Shown in pieces: positions 17,380 through 26,528 of a stretch of 40,000 nucleotides of DNA. The stretch is from NCBI RefSeq assembly GCF_021028995.1, contig NZ_JAJJZG010000002.1, positions 290,468-330,467 on the forward strand, given 5' to 3'. Every line of letters begins with the position of its first letter. The first letter of the stretch is position 1. Below the pieces are notes generated by a model. It was not told where the DNA came from and made no database searches. It saw nothing but the letters and a program-made list of their open reading frames with translations. This stretch comes from Halobacterium sp. KA-4. Lineage in GTDB: Archaea; Halobacteriota; Halobacteria; Halobacteriales; Halobacteriaceae. The translations under genes and the position numbers were made by a program.

Positions 17380-20229
17380 ATGACCTACGAGCCACGGGAA
17401 GTCGAGCGGAAGTGGCAGGACCGCTGGGAGGACGGCGGCCGCTACCACGCCGACCCCGACCCCGACGAGGACGCGACGTTCGTGACGGTCCCGTACCCGT
17501 ACCCCTCCGGCGGGATGCACATCGGGCACGCTCGCACGTACACGGTGCCAGACGTCTACGCCCGCTACCGACGCCTCCAGGGTGACAACGTCCTGTTCCC
17601 CATCGCGTGGCACGTGACCGGTACGCCCATCGTGGGTGCCGTCAACCGCCTCCAGAAGCGCGAGGAAGAGCAGATGTCGGTGCTGCGGGACACCTACGAC
17701 GTCCCCGAGTCCGAACTCGAACAGTTGGAGACGCCGATGGGGTTCGCGCGCTACTTCATCGAGAACCACTACAAGCAGAACATGAAGTCCCTCGGCCTCA
17801 GCATCGACTGGCGGAGGGAATTCACGACCAACGACGAGCGCTACTCGAAGTTCGTCACGTGGCAGTACGAGACGCTGCGCGACCACGGGCGCCTGGAGAA
17901 GGGCCTCCACCCCGTGAAGTACTGCACCGACGAGGAGAACCCCGTCACCACCCACGACCTGCTCGAGGGTGAGGAGGCGGAGTTCCAGGAGTACACGCTC
18001 GTCAAATTCCGGAAAGGCGACACGGTCGTGCCGATGGCGACGCTGCGCCCGGAGACCGTGCGTGGCGTGACGAACGCGTACATCGACCCGGACGCGAACT
18101 ACGTGGAGGCGAACGTGGACGGCGAGACGTGGCTCCTCAGCGACGAGGCCGCGGAGAAACTCGTCCTCCAGCAGCGCGACGTCGAGATTCTCGACCGGTT
18201 CACGGGCGAGGCGCTGGTCGGCGAGCGCGTCACCAACCCCGTCACGGGCGAGGACGTGCTCGTGCTGCCCGCGAGCTTCGTGGACGCGGACAACGCCACG
18301 GGAATCGTGATGTCCGTGCCGGCGCACTCGCCGGACGACTGGATGGCCCTGCAGGAGGCCAAGGCCGACGACGAGCGGATGCGCGAGTACGGCATCGACC
18401 CCGCTGAGGTCGACGAAATCCAGCCGAAGGCCATCATCGACGTCGACGCCTACGACGACCCGTTCCCGGCGCGGGCGGCCGTCGAAGAGCACGGCATCGA
18501 GTCCAGTGACGACCCCGCGCTCGAAGAGGCCACGCAGGAGGTGTACAACCGCGAATTCCACGCAGGCGAACTGAAGGACATGTACGACGAGTACGCGGGC
18601 GCCGTCGTCGAGGACGTCCGCGACGAGCTGGCCGAGCACTTCCGCTCGACCGGCGAGTTCGACTCGATGTACGAGTTCTCCGAGGAGGTCGTCTGTCGCT
18701 GCGGCGGCGACGTCGAAGTCGCCAAGCAGGACACGTGGTTCCTGACGTACAGCGACGGTGACTGGAAGGAACTCGCTCACGACGCGATTAGCGACCTGGA
18801 CGCGCGCCCGGACAGCGCGGGCGACCAGCTCGACCACACGGTCGACTGGCTCAACGAGTGGCCGTGCATCCGGAACTTCGGGCTCGGCACGAACCTGCCG
18901 TGGGACGACGACTTCGTCATCGAGCCGCTGTCGGACTCGACGGTGTACATGTCCTACTACACCATCGCCCACCGGCTCCAGGACGTACCGCCGGAGGAGA
19001 TGGACCGCGAGTTCTTCGACACGCTGTTCTACGGCGAGGACGCCGTCGACGACCCCGACGAGACTGCCCTGGACCTGCGTGAGGAGTGGGACTACTGGTA
19101 CCCCGTCGACCAGCGCGTCTCCGGCAACGACCTCATCTCGAACCACCTGACGTTCTACCTCTTCCACCACACCGACCTCTTCGAGGAGGCGAAGTGGCCG
19201 GAGGGAATCACCGTGATGGGGATGGTGTTGCTGGAGGGCGACGCGATGTCCTCCTCGAAGGGGCACGTCGTGCTCCCCACCGAAGCCATCGAGGAGTACG
19301 GCGCGGACACCGTCCGCTTCGTGCTGTTGAACTCCGCGGAGCCGTGGCAGGACGTCGACTGGCGCGACGACGAAGTCGGCACCACGAAAGACCAGCTCGC
19401 GCGCTTCTACGAGCGCGCGCAGGACGTCATCGAGAACGCGGAGGGCGTCGGCGACCGCGAGGACGTCGAGCTGAAGCGCATCGACCGCTGGCTGCTGTCG
19501 AAGCTCCAGTCGACGATTCGTGACGCGACCGGCGCGATGGACGAGTTCCAGACGCGCGCCGCCAGCCAGGAGGCGTTCTACCACTTCGAGGAGCACCTGA
19601 CGTGGTACCGCAAGCGCACGGACCTCGACCGCGACGGCGCGCGGTGGACGCTCCGAGAAGTGCTGCGGACGCGACTCCGCCTGCTCGCGCCCATCGTGCC
19701 GTTCCTCTCGAACGAACTCCACGAGCAGCTCACGGGCGAGCCCGTCGGCCAGGACGACTGGCCGGAGGCCGACCCCGAATTGGAGTCCGAGCGCGTGGAG
19801 GTCGAAGAACAGCTCGTGGAGTCGCTGACCGACGACGTGCGCGAGGTCATCGACGTGACCGACACCGACCCCGACCAGATTACCGTGTTCACGCCCGCGC
19901 CGTGGAAGCAGACCGTCTACGAGACGGTTCGAGAGACCGGCACTGATATCGGCGCGGTGATGGGGAAAGTGATGCAACACGAGAGCCTGCGCGAGAAGGG
20001 CGACGCGGTCAACGACCTCGTGCAGGACCTCGTCGCGGACGTCCGCGAGCGCTCCGCCGAGGAACTGACGGCGCTCGACGAGGTCGACGAGCAGGACGTC
20101 TACGAGAACGCGGCGGGCTTCCTCGCGCGCCAGTTCGACGCCGACGTCGACGTCGTCCCCGAGACGGAAACTGACGCCGAGCGCGCCTCACGCGCGGTGC
20201 CGTTCCGTCCCGCCATCGAACTCGAGTAG
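17380..20229 (+). CDS. leuS: Leucyl-tRNA synthetase (archaeal type)
   Basis: ATG at 17380 (MTYEPREVERKWQ). HIGH-type motif GGMHIGHARTY and KMSKS-type motif MSSSKGH. The upstream in-frame residues are basic and look non-coding. Confidence 0.95.
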   Translation: MTYEPREVERKWQDRWEDGGRYHADPDPDEDATFVTVPYPYPSGGMHIGHARTYTVPDVYARYRRLQGDNVLFPIAWHVTGTPIVGAVNRLQKREEEQMSVLRDTYDVPESELEQLETPMGFARYFIENHYKQNMKSLGLSIDWRREFTTNDERYSKFVTWQYETLRDHGRLEKGLHPVKYCTDEENPVTTHDLLEGEEAEFQEYTLVKFRKGDTVVPMATLRPETVRGVTNAYIDPDANYVEANVDGETWLLSDEAAEKLVLQQRDVEILDRFTGEALVGERVTNPVTGEDVLVLPASFVDADNATGIVMSVPAHSPDDWMALQEAKADDERMREYGIDPAEVDEIQPKAIIDVDAYDDPFPARAAVEEHGIESSDDPALEEATQEVYNREFHAGELKDMYDEYAGAVVEDVRDELAEHFRSTGEFDSMYEFSEEVVCRCGGDVEVAKQDTWFLTYSDGDWKELAHDAISDLDARPDSAGDQLDHTVDWLNEWPCIRNFGLGTNLPWDDDFVIEPLSDSTVYMSYYTIAHRLQDVPPEEMDREFFDTLFYGEDAVDDPDETALDLREEWDYWYPVDQRVSGNDLISNHLTFYLFHHTDLFEEAKWPEGITVMGMVLLEGDAMSSSKGHVVLPTEAIEEYGADTVRFVLLNSAEPWQDVDWRDDEVGTTKDQLARFYERAQDVIENAEGVGDREDVELKRIDRWLLSKLQSTIRDATGAMDEFQTRAASQEAFYHFEEHLTWYRKRTDLDRDGARWTLREVLRTRLRLLAPIVPFLSNELHEQLTGEPVGQDDWPEADPELESERVEVEEQLVESLTDDVREVIDVTDTDPDQITVFTPAPWKQTVYETVRETGTDIGAVMGKVMQHESLREKGDAVNDLVQDLVADVRERSAEELTALDEVDEQDVYENAAGFLARQFDADVDVVPETETDAERASRAVPFRPAIELE

Positions 20230-20244
20230 CGAGCCTGTCGGCCA

Positions 20245-20262
20245 GACTGCTTTTTCCGCGGC
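20245..20262 (+). terminator. Oligo-T terminator candidate downstream of leuS
   Basis: GACTGCTTTTTCCGCGG begins 16 nt after the leuS stop. The T5 run is at 20251-20255. TGCTTTTTCCGC matches the antisense strand of repeat copy A. Confidence 0.5.
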
Positions 20263-20279
20263 GCGTCGAACCGCGACAC

Positions 20280-20468
20280 ATGAGCGACCAGAACGACGAA
20301 GCGCCGCGGAGCGTCCGGCGACATGCGGAGGTGCGGCGGAATCCCGAGATGACCAGCGTCGGCTACGCGATGCTGCTCGGCCTACTCGTGTTGCTGATGC
20401 CGCTACTGCCGTTCCTCGTCATCATTTGGGTCATCGCGCGGCTCACGGACTACGCTGCGGGACGCTGA
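20280..20468 (+). CDS. Small membrane protein (62 aa, putative)
   Basis: Charged N-terminus followed by one long hydrophobic segment (VGYAMLLGLLVLLMPLLPFLVIIWVIA). No motif recognised. Confidence 0.5.
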   Translation: MSDQNDEAPRSVRRHAEVRRNPEMTSVGYAMLLGLLVLLMPLLPFLVIIWVIARLTDYAAGR

Positions 20469-20469
20469 A

Positions 20470-20627
20470 CAGCCGCGGACGAGCATTCGTGGCCTCGTGC
20501 CGCGATTCATCGCGCGAACGTAGTGAGCGCGGGCCGACGACTGACCATCGGGAGGGAGGAGTGCTTTCTCCGCAAGGTTTTGGAAGTGAGGCGCGCGGAG
20601 CGCGCCGAGCGCAGCAAAAAGTGCGTC
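20470..20627 (-). repeat. Stop-adjacent T-tract/hairpin intergenic repeat, copy B
   Basis: Read on the minus strand from the TAA at 20628-20630: GACGCACTTTTTGC, hairpin apex at 20590-20606 (GGCGCGC-GGA-GCGCGCC on plus), then CCTTGCGGAGAAAGCACTCCTCC. The tail carries CAGTCGTCGGCC, GATGAATCGCGG and GAATGCTCG. Confidence 0.85.
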
Positions 20628-21614
20628 TTAGACGCCGAGCATGTCGAAGCCGTAGCCGTTGTCGTGTTCTTCGGCGTGTTCGTAGGCGACGTGGGCGGCG
20701 GCGACGTCCTGGATGGCGAGACCCGTGGAGTCGAAGACGGTGATGCCGTCATCGGCGGTGCGGCCGTCCTTGAGGCCGGTGACGAGTTCGCCGACTTCGC
20801 CGTAGATGTCGTCGTCGCCGAGCACACCAGTATTGTAGGGGACGTTGATTTCGCCGGAGTGGGTGGTCTGGTCGTGGTCGTCGATGACGAGTTTGCTGTC
20901 GAGGAGGAGGTCGTCGGCGAGTTCGTGTTTGCCCTCGGCGTCCGCGCCCATGGCGTTGATGTGGGTGTGGTCGCCGACGTCCTCGCGGGAGACGATGGGG
21001 TCTTCGACGGGAGTGACCGTCGAGAGGACGTCGCAGTGGCCGGCGTCGCTGATGGAGCCTTCACGGACGTCGAAGCGGTCCTGGAAGTGCTCGACGAACG
21101 CGCGAACGGCGTCCTCGTTGACGTCGCTGACGACGACTTCCTCGATGTCGCGGACGGTGGCGATGGCTTCCAGTTGCGTGTATGACTGGACGCCAGCGCC
21201 GACGACGCCGAAGGACGTGGCGTCCTCGATGGCGAGGTAGTCGGTGGCGACGGCTGCGGCGGCGCCCGTGCGCTGCATCGTGAGTTCGGTGCCGTCCATG
21301 ATGGCGAGCGGGTAGGCGTTCTCGGGGTCCGAGTACACCATCGTCCCCATGACGGTCGGGAGGTCGTAGTGCGTGGGGTTGTCGGGGTGGACGTTCACCC
21401 ACTTGATGCCGGCGGCGTCCCAGTCGCCGGCGTCGAGGTACGCGGGCATCGACCGGAAGTCGCCGTTGTACTCGGGGAGGTCGATGTAGGACTTCGAGGG
21501 CATCTGGGCGTCGCCCTTCTGGTAGGCCGCGAACGCGTCCTCGACGGCCGGAATCAGGTCCGCCATCTGGACGTTCTCGCTGACGTCTTCCTTGTTGAGC
21601 AGCAGCGTCTCCAT
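20628..21614 (-). CDS. Ornithine cyclodeaminase/mu-crystallin family enzyme (archaeal alanine dehydrogenase-like)
   Basis: 328 aa. The family-typical N-terminus (LLNKEDV...IPAVEDAF) and a Rossmann segment (FGVVGAGVQS) are present. Confidence 0.85.
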   Translation of the reverse strand: METLLLNKEDVSENVQMADLIPAVEDAFAAYQKGDAQMPSKSYIDLPEYNGDFRSMPAYLDAGDWDAAGIKWVNVHPDNPTHYDLPTVMGTMVYSDPENAYPLAIMDGTELTMQRTGAAAAVATDYLAIEDATSFGVVGAGVQSYTQLEAIATVRDIEEVVVSDVNEDAVRAFVEHFQDRFDVREGSISDAGHCDVLSTVTPVEDPIVSREDVGDHTHINAMGADAEGKHELADDLLLDSKLVIDDHDQTTHSGEINVPYNTGVLGDDDIYGEVGELVTGLKDGRTADDGITVFDSTGLAIQDVAAAHVAYEHAEEHDNGYGFDMLGV

Positions 21615-21699
21615 GCCGCAAAAATTGCAGGCACCGCACTTAGAACCTCCCTTGTGTCGACAGCGGCCGCTATCCGGTAATTTCGAAAGAAGGTCGCGA

Positions 21700-21876
21700 G
21701 TCGGTGAGCGAGCGGTGCAGCGCGGCGGAACGGGAGTATCCGGCGACCGGAGGTCGCCGGTTCACAGCGCGCGAAGCGCGCTGGCGCCGAACCCACCGAA
21801 AGTGGGCGACGGGGCTTTTTCCCAAGTTTTTGCGAACGAGGACGGCGAAGCCGTCCGAGTGTAGCAAAAAGTGGGT
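21700..21876 (-). repeat. Stop-adjacent T-tract/hairpin intergenic repeat, copy C (divergent)
   Basis: Core 21811-21876, read from the thermosome TAA: CCCACTTTTTGC, apex hairpin at 21840-21856 (GGACGGC-GAA-GCCGTCC on plus), then GCAAAAACTTGGGAAAAAGCCCC. Three perfect hairpins follow at 21792-21806, 21765-21783 and 21740-21760. Confidence 0.7.
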
Positions 21877-23556
21877 TTACATCATCCCGCCCATGCCGCC
21901 GCCCATACCGCCGCCCATGCCGCCGGGGCCGCCGGCGGGCGGGCCTTCGTCGCCGCCTTCGTCGCCGCCGACCTGACCGCCAGCGAGGTCGCCCGCGGCG
22001 ATGACGTCGTCGATGCGGAGAATCATCGTCGCCGCTTCGGTGGCGGATTCGATGGCCTGGGTCTTCACGCGGAGCGGCTCGACGACACCTTCGGCGTCCA
22101 TGTCGATGACTTCGCCGGTGTAGGCGTCGAGGCCGGCCGCGGAGTTGCCGGCGTCGTGCTGGCTGCGGAGGTCCACGAGGGAGTCGATGGGGTCGTGGCC
22201 CGCGTTCTCGGCGAGGGTGCGCGGGATGACTTCGAGGGCGTCCGCGAACGCTTCGACGGCGAGCTGTTCGCGCCCACCGACGGAGTCAGCGAACTGGCGG
22301 AGCTGCATCGCGAGCTCGGTTTCGGGGGCGCCGCCACCGGGCAGCACCTTGCCGTCCTCGAGCGTGACGCGAACGACGCCGAGCGAGTCGTCGATGGCGC
22401 GCTCGACTTCGTCGACGACGTGCGCGGTGCCGCCGCGGAGGATGAGCGTGACGGACTTCGCCTCTTCGACGTCCTCGACGAAGATGCGTTCGTCGCCGCC
22501 GATGTCCTTCTGGGCGACGCTGCCGGCTTCACCGAGGTCGTCGGCTTCGATGTCCGTGACGTTCGAGACGGGCGTCGCGCCGGTGGCGCGGGACAGACGG
22601 GTGAAGTCGTCGGATTTCACGCGGCGGACGGCGAGGATGCCTTCCTCCGCGAGATAGTGCTGGGCCATGTCGTCGATGCCGCCGTCCACGAAGACGACGT
22701 TGGTACCGGCGGCCGCGAGCGCGTCGACCATCTCCTTGAGCTGCTCCTCTTCCTGGTCGAGGAACTGCTGGAGCTGGTCGGGGTCGGTGACGTTGACCTC
22801 GGTGTCGATTTCGGTCTCCTTGACTTCGAGGCCGTCGTCGACGAGCGCGATGTTGGCGTCCTCGACGCCGAAGGGCATGTTCTCGTTGACGCGCTCCTTG
22901 TCCACGATGACGCCCTCGATGAGTTCGGAGTTCTCGATGGCGCCGCCGGTGACCTTCTCGACTTTGATGTTGTCCGTGTCGACGCTGCCGTCGTCGGCGA
23001 CCGACTGGACGGCGCGCACGACGAGACCCGAGAGGACGTCCTTGGCGTTCTCCGCGCCTTTACCGGTCATCGAGGTCGCGGCGAGCTTCTCGAGCTCCTC
23101 GGTGTCGTCCGGGGAGATGTCGACGGCCTTCTCCTCGAGGAACGTGCGAGCCTGCTCGGCGGCCTGTCGGTAACCCTGCGCGAGCGTGGTCGCGTGGATG
23201 TCCTGTTCGAGGAGGTCCTCGGCCTCGGAGAGGAGTTCGCCGGAGACGACGACGGCGGAGGTGGTGCCGTCGCCGACCTCGGTCTCCTGCGTCTCGGCGA
23301 CCTCGACGATCATGTTGGCCGCCGGGTGCTCGATGTCCATCTCCTTGAGGATGGTGACGCCGTCGTTCGTGACGACGACTTCACCCGTGGAGTCCACGAG
23401 CATCTTGTCCATCCCTTTGGGGCCGAGTGTGGTACGTACGGCCTCGGAGACGGCTTTCCCGGCGGTGATGTTCATCGACTGTGCGTCCTCTCCGGAGGTG
23501 CGCTGGCTATCCTCCGAAAGTACGATAAGCGGCTGATTACCCATCTGCTGCGCCAT
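21877..23556 (-). CDS. ths: Thermosome (group II chaperonin) subunit
   Basis: ATG at 23556 ([22 protein letters not shown]). Contains [13 protein letters not shown] and GDGTTS motifs and a C-terminal GGM repeat tail. Confidence 0.95.
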   Translation of the reverse strand: MAQQMGNQPLIVLSEDSQRTSGEDAQSMNITAGKAVSEAVRTTLGPKGMDKMLVDSTGEVVVTNDGVTILKEMDIEHPAANMIVEVAETQETEVGDGTTSAVVVSGELLSEAEDLLEQDIHATTLAQGYRQAAEQARTFLEEKAVDISPDDTEELEKLAATSMTGKGAENAKDVLSGLVVRAVQSVADDGSVDTDNIKVEKVTGGAIENSELIEGVIVDKERVNENMPFGVEDANIALVDDGLEVKETEIDTEVNVTDPDQLQQFLDQEEEQLKEMVDALAAAGTNVVFVDGGIDDMAQHYLAEEGILAVRRVKSDDFTRLSRATGATPVSNVTDIEADDLGEAGSVAQKDIGGDERIFVEDVEEAKSVTLILRGGTAHVVDEVERAIDDSLGVVRVTLEDGKVLPGGGAPETELAMQLRQFADSVGGREQLAVEAFADALEVIPRTLAENAGHDPIDSLVDLRSQHDAGNSAAGLDAYTGEVIDMDAEGVVEPLRVKTQAIESATEAATMILRIDDVIAAGDLAGGQVGGDEGGDEGPPAGGPGGMGGGMGGGMGGMM

Positions 23557-23582
23557 AGTCACTGTTTGATTGAATGCGATTC

Positions 23583-23594
23583 TATTTAAATATT
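23583..23594 (-). promoter_or_regulatory. Thermosome TATA box
   Basis: ATATTTAAATAG (minus-strand reading) ends 26 nt before the ATG. It sits in an AT-rich stretch at about 23560-23690, which is unusual for this window. Confidence 0.6.
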
Positions 23595-23769
23595 GTGCGA
23601 AAGGGAGTAACACACCCTGGGAGACGCGCTGAGACGGCAGTCAACGCCAAATTCGAAAATTCACGACGGGGTATTTATGCTTAAATCGGGTTTTCTCGTC
23701 GGGAGACGGCGCTCGCGCTCGGCGAGCACAGAGAACGAGAAGGTAGCAGAAAATCCTGAGTGTGTCGCC

Positions 23770-24321
23770 TCAGCCGGAGAACTCGTGGTACTCCATGCCC
23801 TGCTGTTTGAGCTCCTCGGCGCGCTTGCGCTCAAGGAACGAGTAGACGGAGCCGTGGGGTGCCCCGTCGAGCAGCATCTCGGCGGCCGACCGGGCGACGT
23901 CGACCTCGTTGGGCTGGCCGATGACGCCGAACGTCGACCCGTAGATGACGACGTTCGCGCCGGTGAGTTCCTCCATCAGTTCGCGCGTGCGGCCGTTCTC
24001 GCCGATGAGTCGGCCCTTCTTGCGGCGGAGGTCGTTGTCGTTGCGGGCGGCGCGTTCGATGTCGACGGTCTCGAACATCCGCATGTCGTCGTCCAGCAGG
24101 CTGAGCGCGGCGTCCGGGTCGAACCCGCGGCCGATTGCGCGGACGATTTCGGGCGCCTGCATCCCGCGAACGGGGTCGCCGGTCCGCTCGATGGCGACCG
24201 ACCCGTCCTCGGAGTCGACGTCGAGGCGAACCTCGGCGGCCTGCTCGATGCGGCGCAGCGTCTCACCTCCCTCGCCGATGAGCGCGCCGATGCGGTCCTG
24301 CGGAATCTTCACGTGTTTCAT
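23770..24321 (-). CDS. KH-domain RNA-binding protein (archaeal Dim2/Pno1-like)
   Basis: Two KH modules (IGALIGEGGETLRRIE and KGRLIGENGRTRELMEE). CTTTTAC (minus-strand reading) at 24348-24354 lies 27 nt upstream of the ATG. Confidence 0.85.
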   Translation of the reverse strand: MKHVKIPQDRIGALIGEGGETLRRIEQAAEVRLDVDSEDGSVAIERTGDPVRGMQAPEIVRAIGRGFDPDAALSLLDDDMRMFETVDIERAARNDNDLRRKKGRLIGENGRTRELMEELTGANVVIYGSTFGVIGQPNEVDVARSAAEMLLDGAPHGSVYSFLERKRAEELKQQGMEYHEFSG

Positions 24322-24379
24322 GATACACCAGAATACTGGACGGGCGCGTAAAAGCCTTCTCTCCCGTCGTGTGACCGGT

Positions 24380-25189
24380 TCACGCCCGCTCCGGCGTGCT
24401 GACGGCCAGCGACTCGTCGACGACGAGGTCGAGTTCGTCGCCGTCGAGTTCGACGGTCACGTGGGCGGTGTCGTTCTCGTACGTCGCGTCGTGGAGCCAG
24501 TCGACCTCCCAGATGGGGACGGTCCGCACGTCGAGGCCGTGCTCGAAGTAGAACGCGACGACTGCCGCGTGGTCGAGCGCGACGGCGGCCGCGGTCCCGC
24601 GGAATGTGCCGCCGCACCGCTCGCACTTGAAGACCGCTCGCGGCCCGTGGTCGGGGTCGTGTTTGAGGCGGCCGGCGACCGGGCCGCTGCACTGCGTGCA
24701 GAAGCCCGCTCTGACCTCCCGCAGCATCGTCCGGAAGTAGCCGTCAAGGGCGGTCGCGAGGTCGTCCTCGCGGTCGTCCACGAACGCTGGCGGAACGCCG
24801 CCCGACAGCAGCGCCACGTCACAGTCAGTGCAGTCGACGCGCCCGCGTTCGTCCTCGTAGCTCGCTTCGAGGGCCCCGCCGCAGCTCGTACACGTGCCCT
24901 CGACTGGCACCGGTCCGACGGACGCCTCCTCCGTGAACACGCCCGAGTACAGCGCGCCGACGAGCCGGCTTCCCGCGAACCGGAGGTCGTAGCCGTCGTC
25001 GGTCTGCTCGACGAACCGGCCGCGGAGCTTCCCGAGGTGGTAGTTGAACCGCCCGGAGTCCCGGACGTCGACGCGCTCGCGGAGCTCGGAGAACGACAGC
25101 GGGTCGTCGGCCTCCCACAGCGCACGGAGGATGCGAATGCGGAGTTCGTCCGCGACCGCGCCGAACGCGGCCTCTGCGTCGCCGCTCAT
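24380..25189 (-). CDS. Winged-HTH (ArsR-like) protein with two Cys4 zinc-ribbon-like motifs
   Basis: ATG at 25189. The N-terminal wHTH is DELRIRILRALWEADDPLSFSELRERV...NYHLGKL. Cysteine pairs follow: CTSCGG...CTDCD and CTQCSG...CERCGG. Confidence 0.7.
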   Translation of the reverse strand: MSGDAEAAFGAVADELRIRILRALWEADDPLSFSELRERVDVRDSGRFNYHLGKLRGRFVEQTDDGYDLRFAGSRLVGALYSGVFTEEASVGPVPVEGTCTSCGGALEASYEDERGRVDCTDCDVALLSGGVPPAFVDDREDDLATALDGYFRTMLREVRAGFCTQCSGPVAGRLKHDPDHGPRAVFKCERCGGTFRGTAAAVALDHAAVVAFYFEHGLDVRTVPIWEVDWLHDATYENDTAHVTVELDGDELDLVVDESLAVSTPERA

Positions 25190-25238
25190 GTAGGGACGAC
25201 GACACCGAACCGGCTTCAGCGTTGTGCCGGTGTGGGAA

Positions 25239-26375
25239 CTACTCGCGCTGGAAGCCGACCGCGGCTCGCGCACGGTCGCGTTCGTCCTGAGTGAGCCGGT
25301 AGGCAGCGAGTTCCTCGCGCACGTCACCGAGCGCGGCCCGGCGGCGCTGGTGCCCCTCCAGGAAGTCGACGATGCGGTCGGCGGCGAATTCCTTCAGTTC
25401 GCCAGAGAGCAGGTCGCCGTTCCGGTAGTCCCGCTCGATGCGCGCGACTTCGCGGTCGTCGCGCTCGAAGAACGCCGCGATGTACTGGAACGGGACGTCG
25501 ACCTCGGGGTCGCCGCCGTGCTCACGGTGCTCCTCGACGCTCGCGCAGCCGCCCGTGTAGGCGTTCTCGCGGACTTTCCGTCGGACTGTCTCGCCGTCGT
25601 CCGTGAGCCGAATCGCGACGCCCTCGGAACTACTCATCTTTCCGGGGCCACCAAGCGACGGTAGGAACTGCAGCAGCAGCGCGCCCGGCTTGTTCGCGGG
25701 GTAGCGCGCTTTCGCGGCGACGTCCCGGCTCACGCGGACGTGCGGATCCTGGTCGACGGCGATGGGGACGAGCGTCTCGTGCGCACCGTGAACGAGCTGC
25801 GGGAGCAGCAGGTGCGCGGTCTGCACGGCCGGGTAGAACCCCTGCCCGACGTTCTCGGGGGTCCCGTAGACGGCTTCGAGCGTCGAATGCGTGATATCCC
25901 GACCGAACGCCGTCGCCAGCGGGTAGACCACGTCGGCGTCCTCCGTGTCGACGACGATTCTGGTCAACACGGGGTCGAGGCCGACCGCGAGCAGGTCCCG
26001 GAGGTTGGATTCCAGATAGTCGGTGGTCTCCGCGGCGGTCTGGTCCTTGAACCAGTACTTCTCGTCGTCGGAGACGGGCACGTAGACGCGCGCGCCGAAT
26101 TCGTCCTGGAGGCGTTTGGCGAAGTAGAACACCATCGCGTGCCCGAGGTGCATCGGCCCGGACGGCCCGATGCCCGTGACGATTGACTGGTCGTCCGAAT
26201 CGAGGAAGGCGTCCACGTCGCGGCCTGCGTAGAACGAGCCGCGGCGCACGAGCGGGTGGTCGGGGAAGCGGCGGCGTTGGTCGTCGGTCAGTGCGTCCGC
26301 GCCGAACTGGGCGAGCAGTTTCTCGTAGTCGAGATCGCCCGCGACGCTGTACGGTGTGACGGAGTCGGCTGGCAT
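25239..26375 (-). CDS. trpS: Tryptophanyl-tRNA synthetase (archaeal/eukaryotic type)
   Basis: ATG at 26375. TGIGPSGPMHLGHAMVFYFAKRLQDEFGARVYVPVSDDEKYWFKD closely parallels the eukaryotic-type TrpRS core. The motif KMSSS is present. Confidence 0.9.
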   Translation of the reverse strand: MPADSVTPYSVAGDLDYEKLLAQFGADALTDDQRRRFPDHPLVRRGSFYAGRDVDAFLDSDDQSIVTGIGPSGPMHLGHAMVFYFAKRLQDEFGARVYVPVSDDEKYWFKDQTAAETTDYLESNLRDLLAVGLDPVLTRIVVDTEDADVVYPLATAFGRDITHSTLEAVYGTPENVGQGFYPAVQTAHLLLPQLVHGAHETLVPIAVDQDPHVRVSRDVAAKARYPANKPGALLLQFLPSLGGPGKMSSSEGVAIRLTDDGETVRRKVRENAYTGGCASVEEHREHGGDPEVDVPFQYIAAFFERDDREVARIERDYRNGDLLSGELKEFAADRIVDFLEGHQRRRAALGDVREELAAYRLTQDERDRARAAVGFQRE

Positions 26376-26485
26376 GCTGTGTAGTGGGTGTGGCAGGTGC
26401 TCGGCGAAGCGATGCGCGAGAGAAGCGAGGGAGCCACGCGCCCGACCCGACCGGGTGACGCCCGTCAGGCCGCGGCGGCGAGACT

Positions 26486-26528
26486 GTCCGCTCCCGGAGC
26501 ACGCCAGCGCCAGCCAGTGGGAGCGGAC
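26486..26528 (-). other. Perfect 10-bp inverted repeat (hairpin) in the RIO-trpS spacer
   Basis: GTCCGCTCCC (26486-26495) pairs with GGGAGCGGAC (26519-26528), leaving a 23-nt loop that contains GCCAGC-GCCAGC. An A5 run on plus at 26558-26562 gives T5 on the coding strand just after the RIO stop. Confidence 0.6.

Noticed and set aside
17209-19980. Very long antisense or shadow ORFs. Examples: 17209..19980 (-), 918..2081 (-), 2660..4129 (+), 5211..6317 (-), 10586..12190 (-), 12689..14629 (+), 21871..23589 (+), 28833..30395 (+), 37087..39792 (+), 37193..39544 (-).
   Set aside because: They overlap strongly supported genes on the other strand or in another frame. Their products are Arg/Pro/Gly/Ala-rich and basic, unlike the acidic proteome here. 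Stop-poor alternative frames are expected in high-GC DNA.
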